Assembly: GCA_963776245.1 (NCBI GenBank)
Contig: CAVZLN010000008.1
Location: 214,427 to 278,426, forward strand
Source of the DNA: Candidatus Eiseniibacteriota bacterium
GTDB taxonomy: Bacteria > Eisenbacteria > RBG-16-71-46
Direction: 5' to 3'
Length of the DNA stretch: 64,000 bases
Positions 51,347 through 62,199 of this stretch are shown here, one piece after another. Position 1 is the stretch's first letter. Each line of letters opens with the position of its first letter. The notes beneath the pieces were generated by a model. It saw only the letters and a list, made by a program, of their open reading frames with translations, did no database searches and was not told where the DNA came from. The position numbers and the translations under genes are program-made.

Positions 51347-52455
51347 GACACGCTCCAGCGCTCGAGCACGCGTTCGAGCCGCGGCTGCACCCGGTCCCAG
51401 GCATAGGCCTCGGCGGTGCGCCGGGCCTCGGCCCCGAGCCGCTCGGCCAGGCCACGCCCGTTCGCGATCCGTGCCAGGGCGCCGCGGAGCGCCAGCGGGT
51501 CCCCGGGCGGCACGAGCAGGCCATTGACGCCATCCACCAGCAGCCCGGGCACCCCCGCGACCGCGCTAGCGACCACCGGGCGACCCCATGCCATGGCCTC
51601 CAGCAGCACGTTCGGAAGCCCCTCGCCCCGTCGCGCCGCCAGCACCACGCATGAGGCGTCGCGGTAGACCGCGCCGATCCGGTCGCGCGGGACGAAGCCC
51701 TCGAAGCGCACGTCGAGACGGCACTCGCGCGCGCGCGCCTCGAGTCGGGCCCGCTCCGGACCGCTGCCGGCGATGGTGAGCCGTCCCGACTCCCCGGCCA
51801 TCGCGTCGATCAGCACGTCCATCCCCTTGTCCGGGATGAGCCGCCCCACCGAGACCACGCGTCCCTCGGCGGCCGCGCCGACGCCGGACTGCGATCCCGG
51901 CAGATCGAGGCCGTTCGGCACCACCTCGAGGTGGGCGGCGACCGCCGCGCGCGCCGTCGGTGCGCGACGGTCGAGAGCGTCGAGCAGCGCGCGGCGCCCC
52001 TCCTCGGTCTGGACCAGCACGCCGCGCGCCGCGCGCCAGGTGCGCGGGTTCAGCCACGCTTCGACCGAGCGCGCGCGGAGGTCGTACTCCCCTTCACCGC
52101 GGATCCACACCACCGCCGGGATCCCGAGCGCACGTTGCGCGCGCACGCCCGCCCAGCCGCTCACGAACGACTGGAAGCACAGCATCAGTTGGGGCCGCGG
52201 GTCGAGCCCGCGCAGCGTGCGCTCGATGGCGACCGCGTCCCGCCACGTCTTCCACCCCGGCAGGCGCGACAGCGGCAGGCGCACCACCGCGAAGCCCTCA
52301 CGGGCCTCGCGACCCGGCGGGGCGGGAGGCTCCTGGCGGGTCACCACCGTCACCCGATGGCGTTCCGAGAGCCGGCGCGCCCAGCCCTCGGCCTGGTGTT
52401 CGGCACCCCCCTGCGGGCCCGGCGGGAACCGCCCGATGAGGATCGCGAGATTCAC
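51343..52455 (-). CDS. Glycosyltransferase family 4
   Basis: GTG start at 52453-52455 overlaps the asnB-type stop (GTGA). Contains VGRLIPDKGMDVLIDA and ARRGEGLPNVLLEAMAWGRPVVASAVAGVPGLLVDGVNGLLV. Confidence 0.8.
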   Translation of the reverse strand: MNLAILIGRFPPGPQGGAEHQAEGWARRLSERHRVTVVTRQEPPAPPGREAREGFAVVRLPLSRLPGWKTWRDAVAIERTLRGLDPRPQLMLCFQSFVSGWAGVRAQRALGIPAVVWIRGEGEYDLRARSVEAWLNPRTWRAARGVLVQTEEGRRALLDALDRRAPTARAAVAAHLEVVPNGLDLPGSQSGVGAAAEGRVVSVGRLIPDKGMDVLIDAMAGESGRLTIAGSGPERARLEARARECRLDVRFEGFVPRDRIGAVYRDASCVVLAARRGEGLPNVLLEAMAWGRPVVASAVAGVPGLLVDGVNGLLVPPGDPLALRGALARIANGRGLAERLGAEARRTAEAYAWDRVQPRLERVLERWSVS

Positions 52456-54370
52456 GCCAGGTCCCCCCCGCCCCAGGCGGGGATGGGCTGCGCGAGCGCC
52501 TCGCGCGGCCGGTCGACGTAGGTCTGGGCCCACAGCTCGAGGCAGAGCAGCGCCCAGGTCTGGCGCGTGCGCCGCTCGTCGCGCGATCCGACGTCGCTCA
52601 ACTGGCGCTCGATGGCGGCCGGATCGAGCCAGCCGCGCGCGCGCGCGCGGGGGTCGAGCAGGACCTCGCGCGCCAGCCGGTCGAATCCACCGCCGAACCA
52701 GTGCGTGAGGGGCACCCCGAAGCCCTGTTTCGAACGGGCGAGGATGGACGGCGGCAGCAGCCCCTTCAGGCTCTCGCGCAGGATCCATTTCCCCGTCATG
52801 CCGGCGAGCTTGAGATCGAACGGGATACCGGCCGCGAACTCCTGGAGCGGGTAGTCGAGCAGCGGCTCGCGCACCTCGAGGCTGTTGAGCATCGAGGTGC
52901 GGTCCACCTTCACCATCACGTCGTCGATCATGTAGGTCTGGGCATCGAGCTGGAGCAGCGCCGCGACGTCCCCGAGCCCCCGCGCGGCGGCCTGATGGAT
53001 CGTCCGCATCGCCGCGAACGGGTCGTGGGTGCGCAGCTCGCGGCGCAGATCCGCGCCGAGCAGCGCCATCATCTCGGGCCGTGGGAAGAACGACTCCACG
53101 TGCAGGTGCCGGTCCACCACGCTCATCGGCAGCCGCCGCAGCTTGCGGCCGAGCACGTGGTCGGGGTGCAGCGCCAGCGCCGGACGCGCGGCCAGCCGTC
53201 TCAGCACGCGCGGCACCGCGTCGAGCGCGGCGTATTGCCGCGCGAAGGAGTAGGTCGTGTACCCGCCGAAGGTCTCGTCGCCGCCGTCGCCCGAGAGCGC
53301 CACGGTCACGTGGCGGCGAGCCATCTCGGCGAGGTAGAAGCTCGGGATGACGGACGCGTCGGCCAGCGGCTCATCCATCTGCCACACCAGCCGCGGCAGC
53401 AGCTCGAGCGCGCGCGGACGCACGATCAGCTCGTGGTGGTCGGTGCCGAGATACGTCGCCACGCGGCGGGCGTGCTCGACCTCGCTGAAGTCCTGTTCCT
53501 CGAACCCGATGGTGAAGGTCTTGACCGGCTCCTGCACGATCTGCTGCATCATCGCCACCACCGCGCTCGAATCCACGCCCCCCGACAGGAATGCGCCGAG
53601 CGGGACGTCCGAGACGAGGCGTACGCGCACCGCCTCGCGGATCAGCCCGAGGAGGCGCTCGCGGTAGTAGTCCAGCGAGTGCCCGGCGTCCACCTCGGAG
53701 GGGAGCGTCCAGTACCGCTCCACCCGCGCGCCGTTCGCGTCGCACACCAGCCGGTGCGCCGGCGGGAGCTTGCGCACCCCGCGCCAGATCGTGCCGGGCG
53801 CCGGGACGTACTGGAACGTCAGGTAGTCGGCGATGGCACGCTCGTCGATCTCGCGCGGGACCGAGGGGTCGAGCATCAGGGCCTTGAGCTCCGATGCGAA
53901 CACCAGCCGCCGGCCGTCGTCGTGGTAGTAGAGCGGCTTCACGCCGAACCGGTCGCGCCCGAGCAGCAGACGGCGGCGCGGGCGGTCGTAGAGGGCGAAC
54001 GCGAACATGCCGCGCAGGTGCGTCAGCATGCCGTCCCCGTGCTCCTCGTAGAGGTGCAGCAGCGCCTCGGTGTCGCTCGAGCCGCGGAAACGATGCCCGC
54101 GGGAGCCGAGGATGGTGCGCAGCGCCGGCCAGCCGTAGATCTCGCCGTTGAACGTGACCCACAGGCTCTCGTCCTCATTGGGCATCGGCTGGTGCCCGCC
54201 GGGCGAGAGGTCGACGATCGCGAGACGGCGGTGGGCGAGCGCGACCGGGCCTTCCGACCACGTGCCCTGCCCGTCGGGACCACGGTGGACCATGCAGTCG
54301 CGCTGGCGCTCGAGCAGAGCGAGATCGGGCGTGCCACCGCCATAATGGAAGACGCCATTGATGCCGCACA
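52452..54370 (-). CDS. asnB: Asparagine synthase (glutamine-hydrolysing) family amidotransferase, EPS/exosortase-locus type
   Basis: N-terminal MCGINGVF shows the class-II GATase Cys2. The synthetase domain carries PLGAFLSGGVDSSAVVA (the PP-loop). Length is 639 aa. Confidence 0.9.
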
Positions 54371-54381
54371 TGGCCGCGCTC

Positions 54382-56934
54382 CTAGTCTCGCGCCGGCGTC
54401 GCGCGCGGACGGCGCACCACCAGCGTGCCGACCGGCACGCCGGAGTAGTAGTCATCGTCCGAGAGATAATCGCTCAACCGCAGGTTAGGATAATGCGGCG
54501 TCCGACGCAGGCGCACCTCCACCCGGTAGGTGCCTTCCGCCATGTCGGACGGGACCTGCACCACGAAGGGATCCCGCACCACCTCGTCGGGGCGCCAGAG
54601 GTCCACGCCGTACCGTCCACCGACGGGCAGGTGATCGCCCCGGAAGCGGTAGCGCTCGTGGCGCAGGCGCTCGATCAGCTTGCGCGCGGGCTTGTGGATC
54701 CAGGCGGGCGGGTGGAATCCGGGCGGCAGGTCGCGCTCGAAGCGGATCCAGACCCGGTACGAGCCGGGCCGCACGGGAGCGGACACGTGCCACCAGGCCG
54801 CGCCGGCGACCGAGTCCCCGGGGGCGACCGCGGCGCTGGAGAGTTCCCATCCGGCGAGCGCCGGGAGCCCCTCGCCCATCGGCGTGAGCGCGCCGCCCGC
54901 CCGCCACGGGCTCACCATGGGGCGCGGGCGCGGGGGGCCCTCCAGCGTGTCCAGCGCCGCGCGGTGGATGCGATAGACCACGAAGTCCCCGGAGTCGTAC
55001 ACCGGCTCGAAGGCGGCCGGGCGGGCGTCGAACCGGGCCCGCGCCTCCCGGAACCAACCGTGGTCCGGCGCCCAGTAGTCGAGCGGCGGCGGCCGCTCGA
55101 AGCGGTCGTTCAGCACGATCACGTCTGCGCCATAGCGCCTCACCACCGCGCGGGTGGTCGCCCAGGTGGCGCAGGGATCCAACGCGTCCCGCGCGTCGAG
55201 GATGCGGCGCAGCGCGAGCGAGTCGTTGGGCGAGGAATGCTGGTCCACCAGCGTGACCACGTAGTGCCCGGTGAGCATGGGCACCGCGTACGAGGTCGAC
55301 GGGTCCGAGAGCACGACCCTTCCCGGCGCGAGCCGGGTGCGCATCCAGTCGAACGCATCGCGCCAGCGCCGGGGGTCCTCGCTCCGTTCGACGGCGATCA
55401 CGTCCGCCGGGTGGGTGACCGCGTGCACCGCGTCGCGGACCGCGGGGCTCAGCACCGCGAGCGCCAGCGCGAGCGCGGTGCCGGCGCGCAGCCGCGCGGG
55501 GACATCCGCCGCGTGACGCAGCGCGGCGAGCAGCTCCGGCAGCAGCCACGCCACCAGGCCCGCCAGCGGCACCAGCCAGATCATCCGCATCAGCAGGTAG
55601 CCGAGCCGTGGCTCCAGCAGCGCCACCGCGAGCGGGTCGTACATCACCAGCGCCACGGCGACGGACGAGGTGAGCAGGTAGAGCACCGCCGGGTTCCCCC
55701 GCCCGCGCGACCAGAGCCAGGGCCACGATGCCGGGACGAGCACCCACGCGAGCCCGAGGTGGGCCCACAGCTCCGAGAGCCCGACGGTGCGCAGCCCGTC
55801 CGTGAGCAGCAGCAGCCCCTGGGACTCGGTGTGGATCGGGTTGGTGGGCGCATACGCCTGGCGGGCCCGGAAGGCGAGGTAAGGTGCGCAGGCGATGCCG
55901 ATGAGCACCAGGGTCCCCGCGAGCCGCCGGGCCTCGGGGCCGAACCGGCGATCGCGCACGAGCAGGCCGAGGCCGAGCGCGCCGAACACGATCGCGAACT
56001 GGATGGCCGTGAAGACGTGGGTGGCGACCGCCGCGAACGCGAGCGCCGCCGCCGCGAAGCGGATGGCGCGCGCGGGCGTGCGCAGGTCGGCCAGCACCGC
56101 GACGATGGCCGCGAGGGCGAGATGATCGCCGAGCCGCGAGGCGTAGCCGCCGAGCCGGATCGGGCTCTGCATCATGCCGCCGCCGTAGGTGAGCACCAGC
56201 GCCCAGGCGGCGAGGGCGGCCCCCGCCGATCCGCGCACCAGCACGCCGAGTGCCGCCGCCTGGAGCACGAACAGCGGTGCGATCAGGGCCGGCAGCCAGG
56301 CCCAGGCCTCCACGGGGTCGAGCGCGGCGAGCCGGCACAGCAGCGCGACGATCCCGTGCCACAGGCCCTTGCGCGGGTCCGCCCCCAGGCTTCCCGCGTC
56401 GCGGAAGAAGGCGTCGGCCGGAAAGAGATCCCCGGTCATGAGCATGCGCCGCAGCGTGCCGACATGGTCGGGGCCATCGCTCGACAGTCCCATCGGCGGT
56501 CCCAGCCGCGCGGAATGCCAGGCGGCCAGGGCTGCCGCCAGCACCACCGCGAGCGCGGCCGCTCGCGCCATACCGGGCCAAGGGCCCGGCGTGCCGCGCG
56601 ACCCGCGCGCGGCCACCCACAGCCACGGGGCGGCCGCGGCCGCCGGGACCCACGGCAGGAGCGTCAGGAACGACAGCCCCGCAAGGCGCGTCCCCCACAC
56701 CAGCGCGGCGCACCACGCCACGCCGAGGCCGAACGCCCACCCCGGCGCGGTCCACCCACCGCCCGGCGGGCGCGCGCCGAGCGCCACGAAGGCCGCGCCG
56801 GGAGCCAGCAGGAGCACCGCGAACGCGAGCGCGAGCCGCGCCGGTCCGGGCAGCGCGCCGCAGGCGCCGCCGGCCAGTGCCTGCGCCAGGGCCGCGACGC
56901 ACGCGGCGACGGCGAGCGCCCGCACGCGCGTCAT
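54382..56934 (-). CDS. Very large polytopic membrane protein (850 aa) with a roughly 330-aa C-terminal extracytoplasmic domain; putative GT-C-type glycosyltransferase
   Basis: ATG at 56932-56934 overlaps the upstream stop (ATGA). The N-terminal 520 aa are almost entirely TM helices. A hydrophilic domain follows. The first roughly 270 codons of the ORF-track entry (54382..57747) are Arg-rich wrong-frame sequence. Confidence 0.65.
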   Translation of the reverse strand: MTRVRALAVAACVAALAQALAGGACGALPGPARLALAFAVLLLAPGAAFVALGARPPGGGWTAPGWAFGLGVAWCAALVWGTRLAGLSFLTLLPWVPAAAAAPWLWVAARGSRGTPGPWPGMARAAALAVVLAAALAAWHSARLGPPMGLSSDGPDHVGTLRRMLMTGDLFPADAFFRDAGSLGADPRKGLWHGIVALLCRLAALDPVEAWAWLPALIAPLFVLQAAALGVLVRGSAGAALAAWALVLTYGGGMMQSPIRLGGYASRLGDHLALAAIVAVLADLRTPARAIRFAAAALAFAAVATHVFTAIQFAIVFGALGLGLLVRDRRFGPEARRLAGTLVLIGIACAPYLAFRARQAYAPTNPIHTESQGLLLLTDGLRTVGLSELWAHLGLAWVLVPASWPWLWSRGRGNPAVLYLLTSSVAVALVMYDPLAVALLEPRLGYLLMRMIWLVPLAGLVAWLLPELLAALRHAADVPARLRAGTALALALAVLSPAVRDAVHAVTHPADVIAVERSEDPRRWRDAFDWMRTRLAPGRVVLSDPSTSYAVPMLTGHYVVTLVDQHSSPNDSLALRRILDARDALDPCATWATTRAVVRRYGADVIVLNDRFERPPPLDYWAPDHGWFREARARFDARPAAFEPVYDSGDFVVYRIHRAALDTLEGPPRPRPMVSPWRAGGALTPMGEGLPALAGWELSSAAVAPGDSVAGAAWWHVSAPVRPGSYRVWIRFERDLPPGFHPPAWIHKPARKLIERLRHERYRFRGDHLPVGGRYGVDLWRPDEVVRDPFVVQVPSDMAEGTYRVEVRLRRTPHYPNLRLSDYLSDDDYYSGVPVGTLVVRRPRATPARD

Positions 56935-57911
56935 CGAGCCGCCTCGGGGTCGGCGGCCAGTCGCCGGGTCAGCAGCCGCGTCACGTGGCCGATCAGCCCG
57001 GCGACATGCGCCGCGCGGCGCCGGCGCCGCGGCGCGAACGGGGCGAGCGCCGCGTTCTTCAGGAGCGTCAGCGCCAGGCTCAGGATGAGGCTCAGCTTGA
57101 ACAGGAACGCGAGAGGAGGCGTGAAGGAGAGGTCCCAGAAGTAACAGGCCGACTCGAGGTTCGCGGCGGGCATGGACTCGCCCTCGAAGATGCGGCTCTG
57201 CCCGCCGAGATGCGTGACCTGGGCTCGCGGCTCGTACGCGAGGCGCAGGCCGGCCCGGCGGGCGCGCAGGCTCCACTCCACGTCGTCGTAATTGAGCACC
57301 AGCCGCCGATCGAGCAGACCCACGCGCTCGAGCGCTTGGCGACGGAACAGCACGCATGCCCCCGACAGCACCTCGGTCTCGTGCGGTCCCCCATACCACG
57401 CGCGGGGGTGGGCGCCGCTCACCCACCCGAGCAGCGCCGGGATGCGCGCCGGGATCGGGGTGTGGCCCAGCAACGTGGGCAGCACGCCGGGCGCCCGGCG
57501 CGCGCACACGAACTGGGTGGTCCCGTCGGCGTTGAGCAGCCGCGGGCCCGCCGCCGCGAGCCCCGGATCCCCCTCGAGCCGCCGCGCCAGTTCGCCGAGC
57601 GCGTCCCCGATCAGGAACGCGTCGGAGTTGAGCGCCAGGACGTGGCGGCCGCGCGCCGCGCGCAGCCCCTGGTTGCAGGCGGGAGCGTAGCCCCGGTTCT
57701 CCGGATTGCGGACCAGTGTCACCGCGGGCCAGCGCTCCGCGACCCACTCGGCCGAGCCGTCGGACGACGCGTTGTCGATGACCAGCACCTCGCGCGACAA
57801 CTCCGGGCTGCTGGCGAACGCGGCCTCCAGACAGCGGTCGAGCATCCGGCGCGTGTTCCAGCTCACGATCACGATGGAGACGTACGGTGCGGCGGCCGGG
57901 AGGTCAGACAT
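56931..57911 (-). CDS. Glycosyltransferase family 2 (rhamnosyltransferase-like)
   Basis: Translation VSIVIVSWNTRRMLDRCLEA...VIDNASSDGS...LNSDAFL shows GT2 motifs. Confidence 0.8.
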   Translation of the reverse strand: MSDLPAAAPYVSIVIVSWNTRRMLDRCLEAAFASSPELSREVLVIDNASSDGSAEWVAERWPAVTLVRNPENRGYAPACNQGLRAARGRHVLALNSDAFLIGDALGELARRLEGDPGLAAAGPRLLNADGTTQFVCARRAPGVLPTLLGHTPIPARIPALLGWVSGAHPRAWYGGPHETEVLSGACVLFRRQALERVGLLDRRLVLNYDDVEWSLRARRAGLRLAYEPRAQVTHLGGQSRIFEGESMPAANLESACYFWDLSFTPPLAFLFKLSLILSLALTLLKNAALAPFAPRRRRRAAHVAGLIGHVTRLLTRRLAADPEAAR

Positions 57912-59388
57912 CCTGGCCCTCCTGCCCCGGCACGCTCGCGGTGCGCAGGCGCGCGCGCACCGCCGCCTTGATCTGCGCGATCTCCAGCGGGGTGATCGAG
58001 GTGGCCGCCCACAGCAGCGCGATGCCCGCGCCGACCAGGCGCCAGCGCCAGTCCGGGAAGGGCAGCGCGGCCACCGCGATCACGGCGGCGAACGAGGTGG
58101 CCAGCAGGCGCAGGTTGTCGCGCGTGAAGCGGAATCCGTTCACGCGGCGCAGGTAGATCACGTGCATGCCCAGGTGCACGCTCCACGACACGGTGTGGCC
58201 CCACACCGCGCCCCACAGGCGCTGCTCGGCGGGCACGCCGAAGAAGATGGCGGCGAAGGTGCCGTAGTGGATCAGCGACATGATGTTGCGGGCCCGGTGA
58301 CGCTCCTGGGGCAGCAGCGGCAGCTGGATGGCGAAGGAGACCGCCTTGACGAGATCGCCCACCAGTTGGACCGGGAACAGCGGCAGGGCGTCCAGGAACC
58401 GGCTCGAGAACAGCAGGTGGATGACCACGTCGCGGGACAGCAGGATGGCCAGGATGCCCGCCGCCGAGAACAGCACGGCGACGCGCGTGGCGTTATTGAC
58501 CTCCTGATTGATGGCCGCGACCTCGCGCAACTGGCTGATGCGGGGGAAGGAGTACGCGGTCATCGCATTGAGCGGGATGGCGAGGTACTGCATGGAGATC
58601 GCGAACAGCGCCTGGAAGATGCCATTGCGGGTCAGACCGCAGTCGTGGACGATCTGCGCCCGCAGGACGAACGGGAAGGCCATCGTGAGGACGAACGGGA
58701 CGAAGTTGGCCGCGCCGAATCGCCACAGGCTGGTGACGACCGTGCGGTCGAAGGGCGCCCGCGCGATCGCCTGCCGCATCTCGCGGTCCATCGTCCGATC
58801 GGCCGTCCAGCGCGCCACGGCCCAGCCGAGCACGGCGAACACCAGCAGGTGGATCGAGGCGCCCTTGAGCCTCCAGATCAGCACCAGCGGCGCCAGCACC
58901 GCGAGTCCGCCGATCGAGGTGATCATGATGGCGCGCGAGTAGGAGCGGATCTCGAGTCCGGCCTGCACGAACATGAGCCAGGTCTGCGACTGCACCAGGA
59001 ACGGGATGCCGAGGACCGGCGCCACCAGCATCACCATGTAGATCGGATCGCCCGTCGCCCACACCGTCAGCGGCTTGAGCCAGACCAGGCACAGCGCGGT
59101 GGCGATCAGCGAGAGCCAGAGGAAGAGCCGCGCCGCGGTCGCGACGAACGAGACCAGCCGCTCGCGGTCCTCCTTGCGGTAGAGCGCGACGTAACGAAGC
59201 GCCCCGGTCTGCAGTCCCAGAGGCACCACTCCGGCAGCGAGGCTCTGCAGCCCGAAGAGCTGGGCGAACAGCCCGATCCCGGTGGGACCGAGCACCTCCG
59301 CGAGGAGCTTGTTGCGCAGCACGGCGACGGCGGTGTTGGCGATGGTCGAGGTGCCGATCAGGAACACCGAACGGAGCAGGGCTCTCAT
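57904..59388 (-). CDS. wzx: Wzx/MOP-superfamily oligosaccharide flippase
   Basis: ATG at 59386-59388 overlaps the upstream stop (ATGA). 494 aa with about 12-14 TM helices. The N-terminus LLRSVFLIGTSTIANTAVAVLRNKLLAEVLGPTGIGLFAQ is typical of polysaccharide biosynthesis (PST) flippases. Confidence 0.8.
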   Translation of the reverse strand: MRALLRSVFLIGTSTIANTAVAVLRNKLLAEVLGPTGIGLFAQLFGLQSLAAGVVPLGLQTGALRYVALYRKEDRERLVSFVATAARLFLWLSLIATALCLVWLKPLTVWATGDPIYMVMLVAPVLGIPFLVQSQTWLMFVQAGLEIRSYSRAIMITSIGGLAVLAPLVLIWRLKGASIHLLVFAVLGWAVARWTADRTMDREMRQAIARAPFDRTVVTSLWRFGAANFVPFVLTMAFPFVLRAQIVHDCGLTRNGIFQALFAISMQYLAIPLNAMTAYSFPRISQLREVAAINQEVNNATRVAVLFSAAGILAILLSRDVVIHLLFSSRFLDALPLFPVQLVGDLVKAVSFAIQLPLLPQERHRARNIMSLIHYGTFAAIFFGVPAEQRLWGAVWGHTVSWSVHLGMHVIYLRRVNGFRFTRDNLRLLATSFAAVIAVAALPFPDWRWRLVGAGIALLWAATSITPLEIAQIKAAVRARLRTASVPGQEGQDV

Positions 59389-60861
59389 GCGCGCGCCCCT
59401 CCGGCCGCCCACGCGCGCGCCAGCGCGCCGATGCCGAGCCCGCGCGCGAACCACCACAGGACCGGCGCGTACACCAGCGCCACGGCGGCGGTGCGCAGCC
59501 ACGCGGCGCCCGCGGATGACGGCGGACCGACCGCGCACACCGCGAATGCCGCCGCCCCCGCCCACGCCGCGGGCAGGAAGCTCGCGATCGCGAACGTCAG
59601 ACGCTCGACCGGCCCGCTCCGCAGGTCGCGCGCCGCGAGCGCCACCAGCGTGATCGCGAACGCCGCCGTAGCCGAGGCACGCCGCCCCCGCCACCGCGGC
59701 CGGGACGCGGAGCGCGCGCGGCGACACCGAACACCATCATCGCGGTGAGCGCGGCGCACGCCGCCGAGGCGCGCGAACAGGGTCCACGTGCGGCCGCTGC
59801 CGAGCAGCCAGTAGCCCGGCAGGGTGGCGGCCGACAGCAGGAGCGCGCCGAACGCGAGCAGGCGCAGGGCGTCGATGCCTCCGCCGTAGCGCGGCAGCCA
59901 CCACAGCACCGCGCGGCCCCGCCCACACCATGCCGATGCGCGACCGCGAGCGGGAGCAGCAGCGTGAGGACGCGCTGCGTGCGGGTCACTTCGTCGCGGG
60001 TGCGCTCGAGGTCGCGCGCGCCGCCGGCCGCCGCCGCGATGCGCGGGTAGAGCACCGCGGCGACGGACTCGGGCGGGTAGAGCACCAGGCCCGCGGCGGT
60101 GAGCCCGAGACTGTAGAGGCCGAGGGACTCGGGGTGGCCGGCGTGGACGAGCGCGATCCGGTCCACCGATCGCAGCGCCAGCGAGGCGAGGAAGGTGCCG
60201 AACACCGGCAGTCCGGCCCACGCCAGCGCGAGCCCGTCGCGCGCGTCGCCGAACGCGAGCGGCACGTCGCGTGCGACGAGACGCAGCGCGCGAGCGCCAC
60301 CAGCGTGCCGACGCAGCCATCCGCCGGCCAGCGCCCACAGACCGAAGCGCGCCACCAGCGCCAGCCCCAGGCCACCACCGAGCAGCGCCTGCAGCGCGGT
60401 GGCCTCGCTCACCGGCGGAACACGCCGCGCGCCCGGAGCGCGGTGGCGTGCAGCTGGAACGCGAGCTGGGCCGCGGCCGCGGCGAGCAGGAGCATCGCGG
60501 GACCCGGCCCGGCGACCGCGGTGAGCAGCGGCGTGCCCGCCACCAGCGCGGCGCCGACGGCGAGCGCGAACAGCGCGAACGCCGCCGCGATCACGGACCA
60601 CGCGCCGCCGAGCAGGCGCCGCGCCGCGGCGCGGTCGCCCTGGCCCTCGGCCACCGGCAGGCGCAGCTCGAGGCCCTGCAGCGCGCCGGCCGAGGCGTAG
60701 CCGCCGTAGTCGAGCACCAGGCTGAGCGCGTTCCACGCCCCGAAGCCGGCGGGCCCGAGCACCACCGCCGCCACCAGCCCGCGCGCCAGCATCACCGCTC
60801 GCGCCACGTAGGTGGCGAGGGCGAGGCCGACCGAGTCGCGGATCAGGGTGCGGGGGGACAC
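59385..60861 (-). pseudogene. Second MOP/PST-family flippase, split over 3 frames (2 frameshifts)
   Basis: The N-terminus MSPRTLIRDSVGLALATYVARAVMLARGLVAAVVLGPAGFGAWNALSLVLDYGGYA reads in frame 1 (60409-60861). The middle reads in frame 2 (ALQALLGGGLGLALV...LYSLGLTAAGLVLYP...). The C-terminal TM region reads in frame 3 (ALRLLAFGALLLSAATLPGYWLLGS...). The shifts lie near 60410 and 59860-59930. Confidence 0.55.
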
Positions 60862-60924
60862 GGGTGCGCGCCTCTCCTACGCCGGGGCTTGGAGCGGGAC
60901 GGGCCGCTCCTCTAGAATGAGCGG

Positions 60925-62170
60925 ATGCACGCGCCCCCGCCCCCACCCCGCGATCTCGCCACCCCGCCCGTGCATCCCGAGCGGCTCGCCTCGCTGGGCG
61001 GCCGCCCGGTGCGCGACACGTTCCTGCCGCTGGCGATGCCGTGGATCGGCGAGCGCGAGAAGGCGCTCGTGCTCGAGACGCTCGAATCCGGCTGGATCAC
61101 CACCGGCCCGAAGGCGCAGGCCCTCGGCGAGCGCATCGCGGCGCTCGCGGGCGCGAAGCACGGGCTGGCGGTGAACTCCGCCACCGGCGCGCTCCATCTC
61201 GCGCTCGCCGCACTCGGCGTGGGCCGGGGCGACGAGGTCATCACGTCGGCCTACACCTTCGCCGCCTGCGTCAACGTCATCGAGCATGTCGGCGCCACGC
61301 CGGTGCTGGTGGACGTCGAGCCCGACACGCTGTGCCTCGACCCGCGCGCCGTCGAGCGCGCGCTCACCCCGCGCACGCGGGCCGTCATGCCGGTGGACTA
61401 CGCCGGGCACCCGTGCGATTACGGGGCGCTCCTGCCGCTGTGCCGCGCCCACGGCGTGCACGTGGTCGAGGACGCCGCTCACGCCCTCGGCGCCGCGTGG
61501 CGCGGGCGCGCCGGTCGGCTCGTTCGCCGACGTCACCGCGTTCTCGTTCTACGCGACCAAGAACCTCACCACCGGCGAGGGGGGCGCCGCGGTCACCGCG
61601 GACGACGCCCTCGCCGAGCGCATGGCGCTGCTCTCGCTGCACGGCATGAGCCGGGACGCCTGGAAGCGCTACGGCGACACCGGGTCGTGGTACTACGAGG
61701 TGACCGCGCCGGGATTCAAGTACAACTTCAGCGACGTGCTCGCGGCGCTGGGGCTCGGCCAGCTCGAGCGCTTCGAAGGGTTCCAGCGCCGCCGCGCGGA
61801 GATCGTGGCGCGCTACGACGCCGGGCTCGCCGGGGTGGCCGGGGTCCGCACCATGCGGGCCCGCCCGGACGTCACGCACGCCCGCCATCTCTATCCGATC
61901 GCGCTCGAGCTCGAACGGCTCACCCTCGATCGCGCGGCATTCATCCGCGAACTGCGGGCCGAGAACATCGGCACCTCGGTGCACTTCATCCCCATCCACT
62001 TCCACCCGCACTTCGCCCGCACGCTCGGCCGCCGCGAAGGGGATTTCCCGGTCGCCGAGGACGCCTACCGCCGGGCCGTGACGCTGCCGCTGTTCCCGCG
62101 CATGAGCGACCGCGACGCCGACGACGTCGTCGCGGCCGTGATCAAGGTCGCCGCGCACTTCGCCCGCTGA
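60925..62170 (+). pseudogene. DegT/DnrJ/EryC1/StrS-family PLP-dependent sugar aminotransferase; one frameshift near 61500
   Basis: The N-terminal half (MPWIGEREKALVLETLESGWITTGPKAQALGERIAALAGAKHGLAVNSATGALHLAL) is in one frame. The C-terminal half (FSFYATKNLTTGEGGAAVT...LSLHGMSRD...) is in the +1 frame and ends at 62170. Confidence 0.75.
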
Positions 62171-62199
62171 CGCGGCGGGCGCGAGCGGTCCGCCTGGAT

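Noticed and set aside
54382-57747. Reading the 1121-aa ORF as a single protein
   Set aside because: The first roughly 270 codons are Arg-rich wrong-frame sequence that overlaps the upstream GT2 gene on the same strand. A clean ATG at 56932-56934 with an ATGA overlap gives an 850-aa membrane protein.
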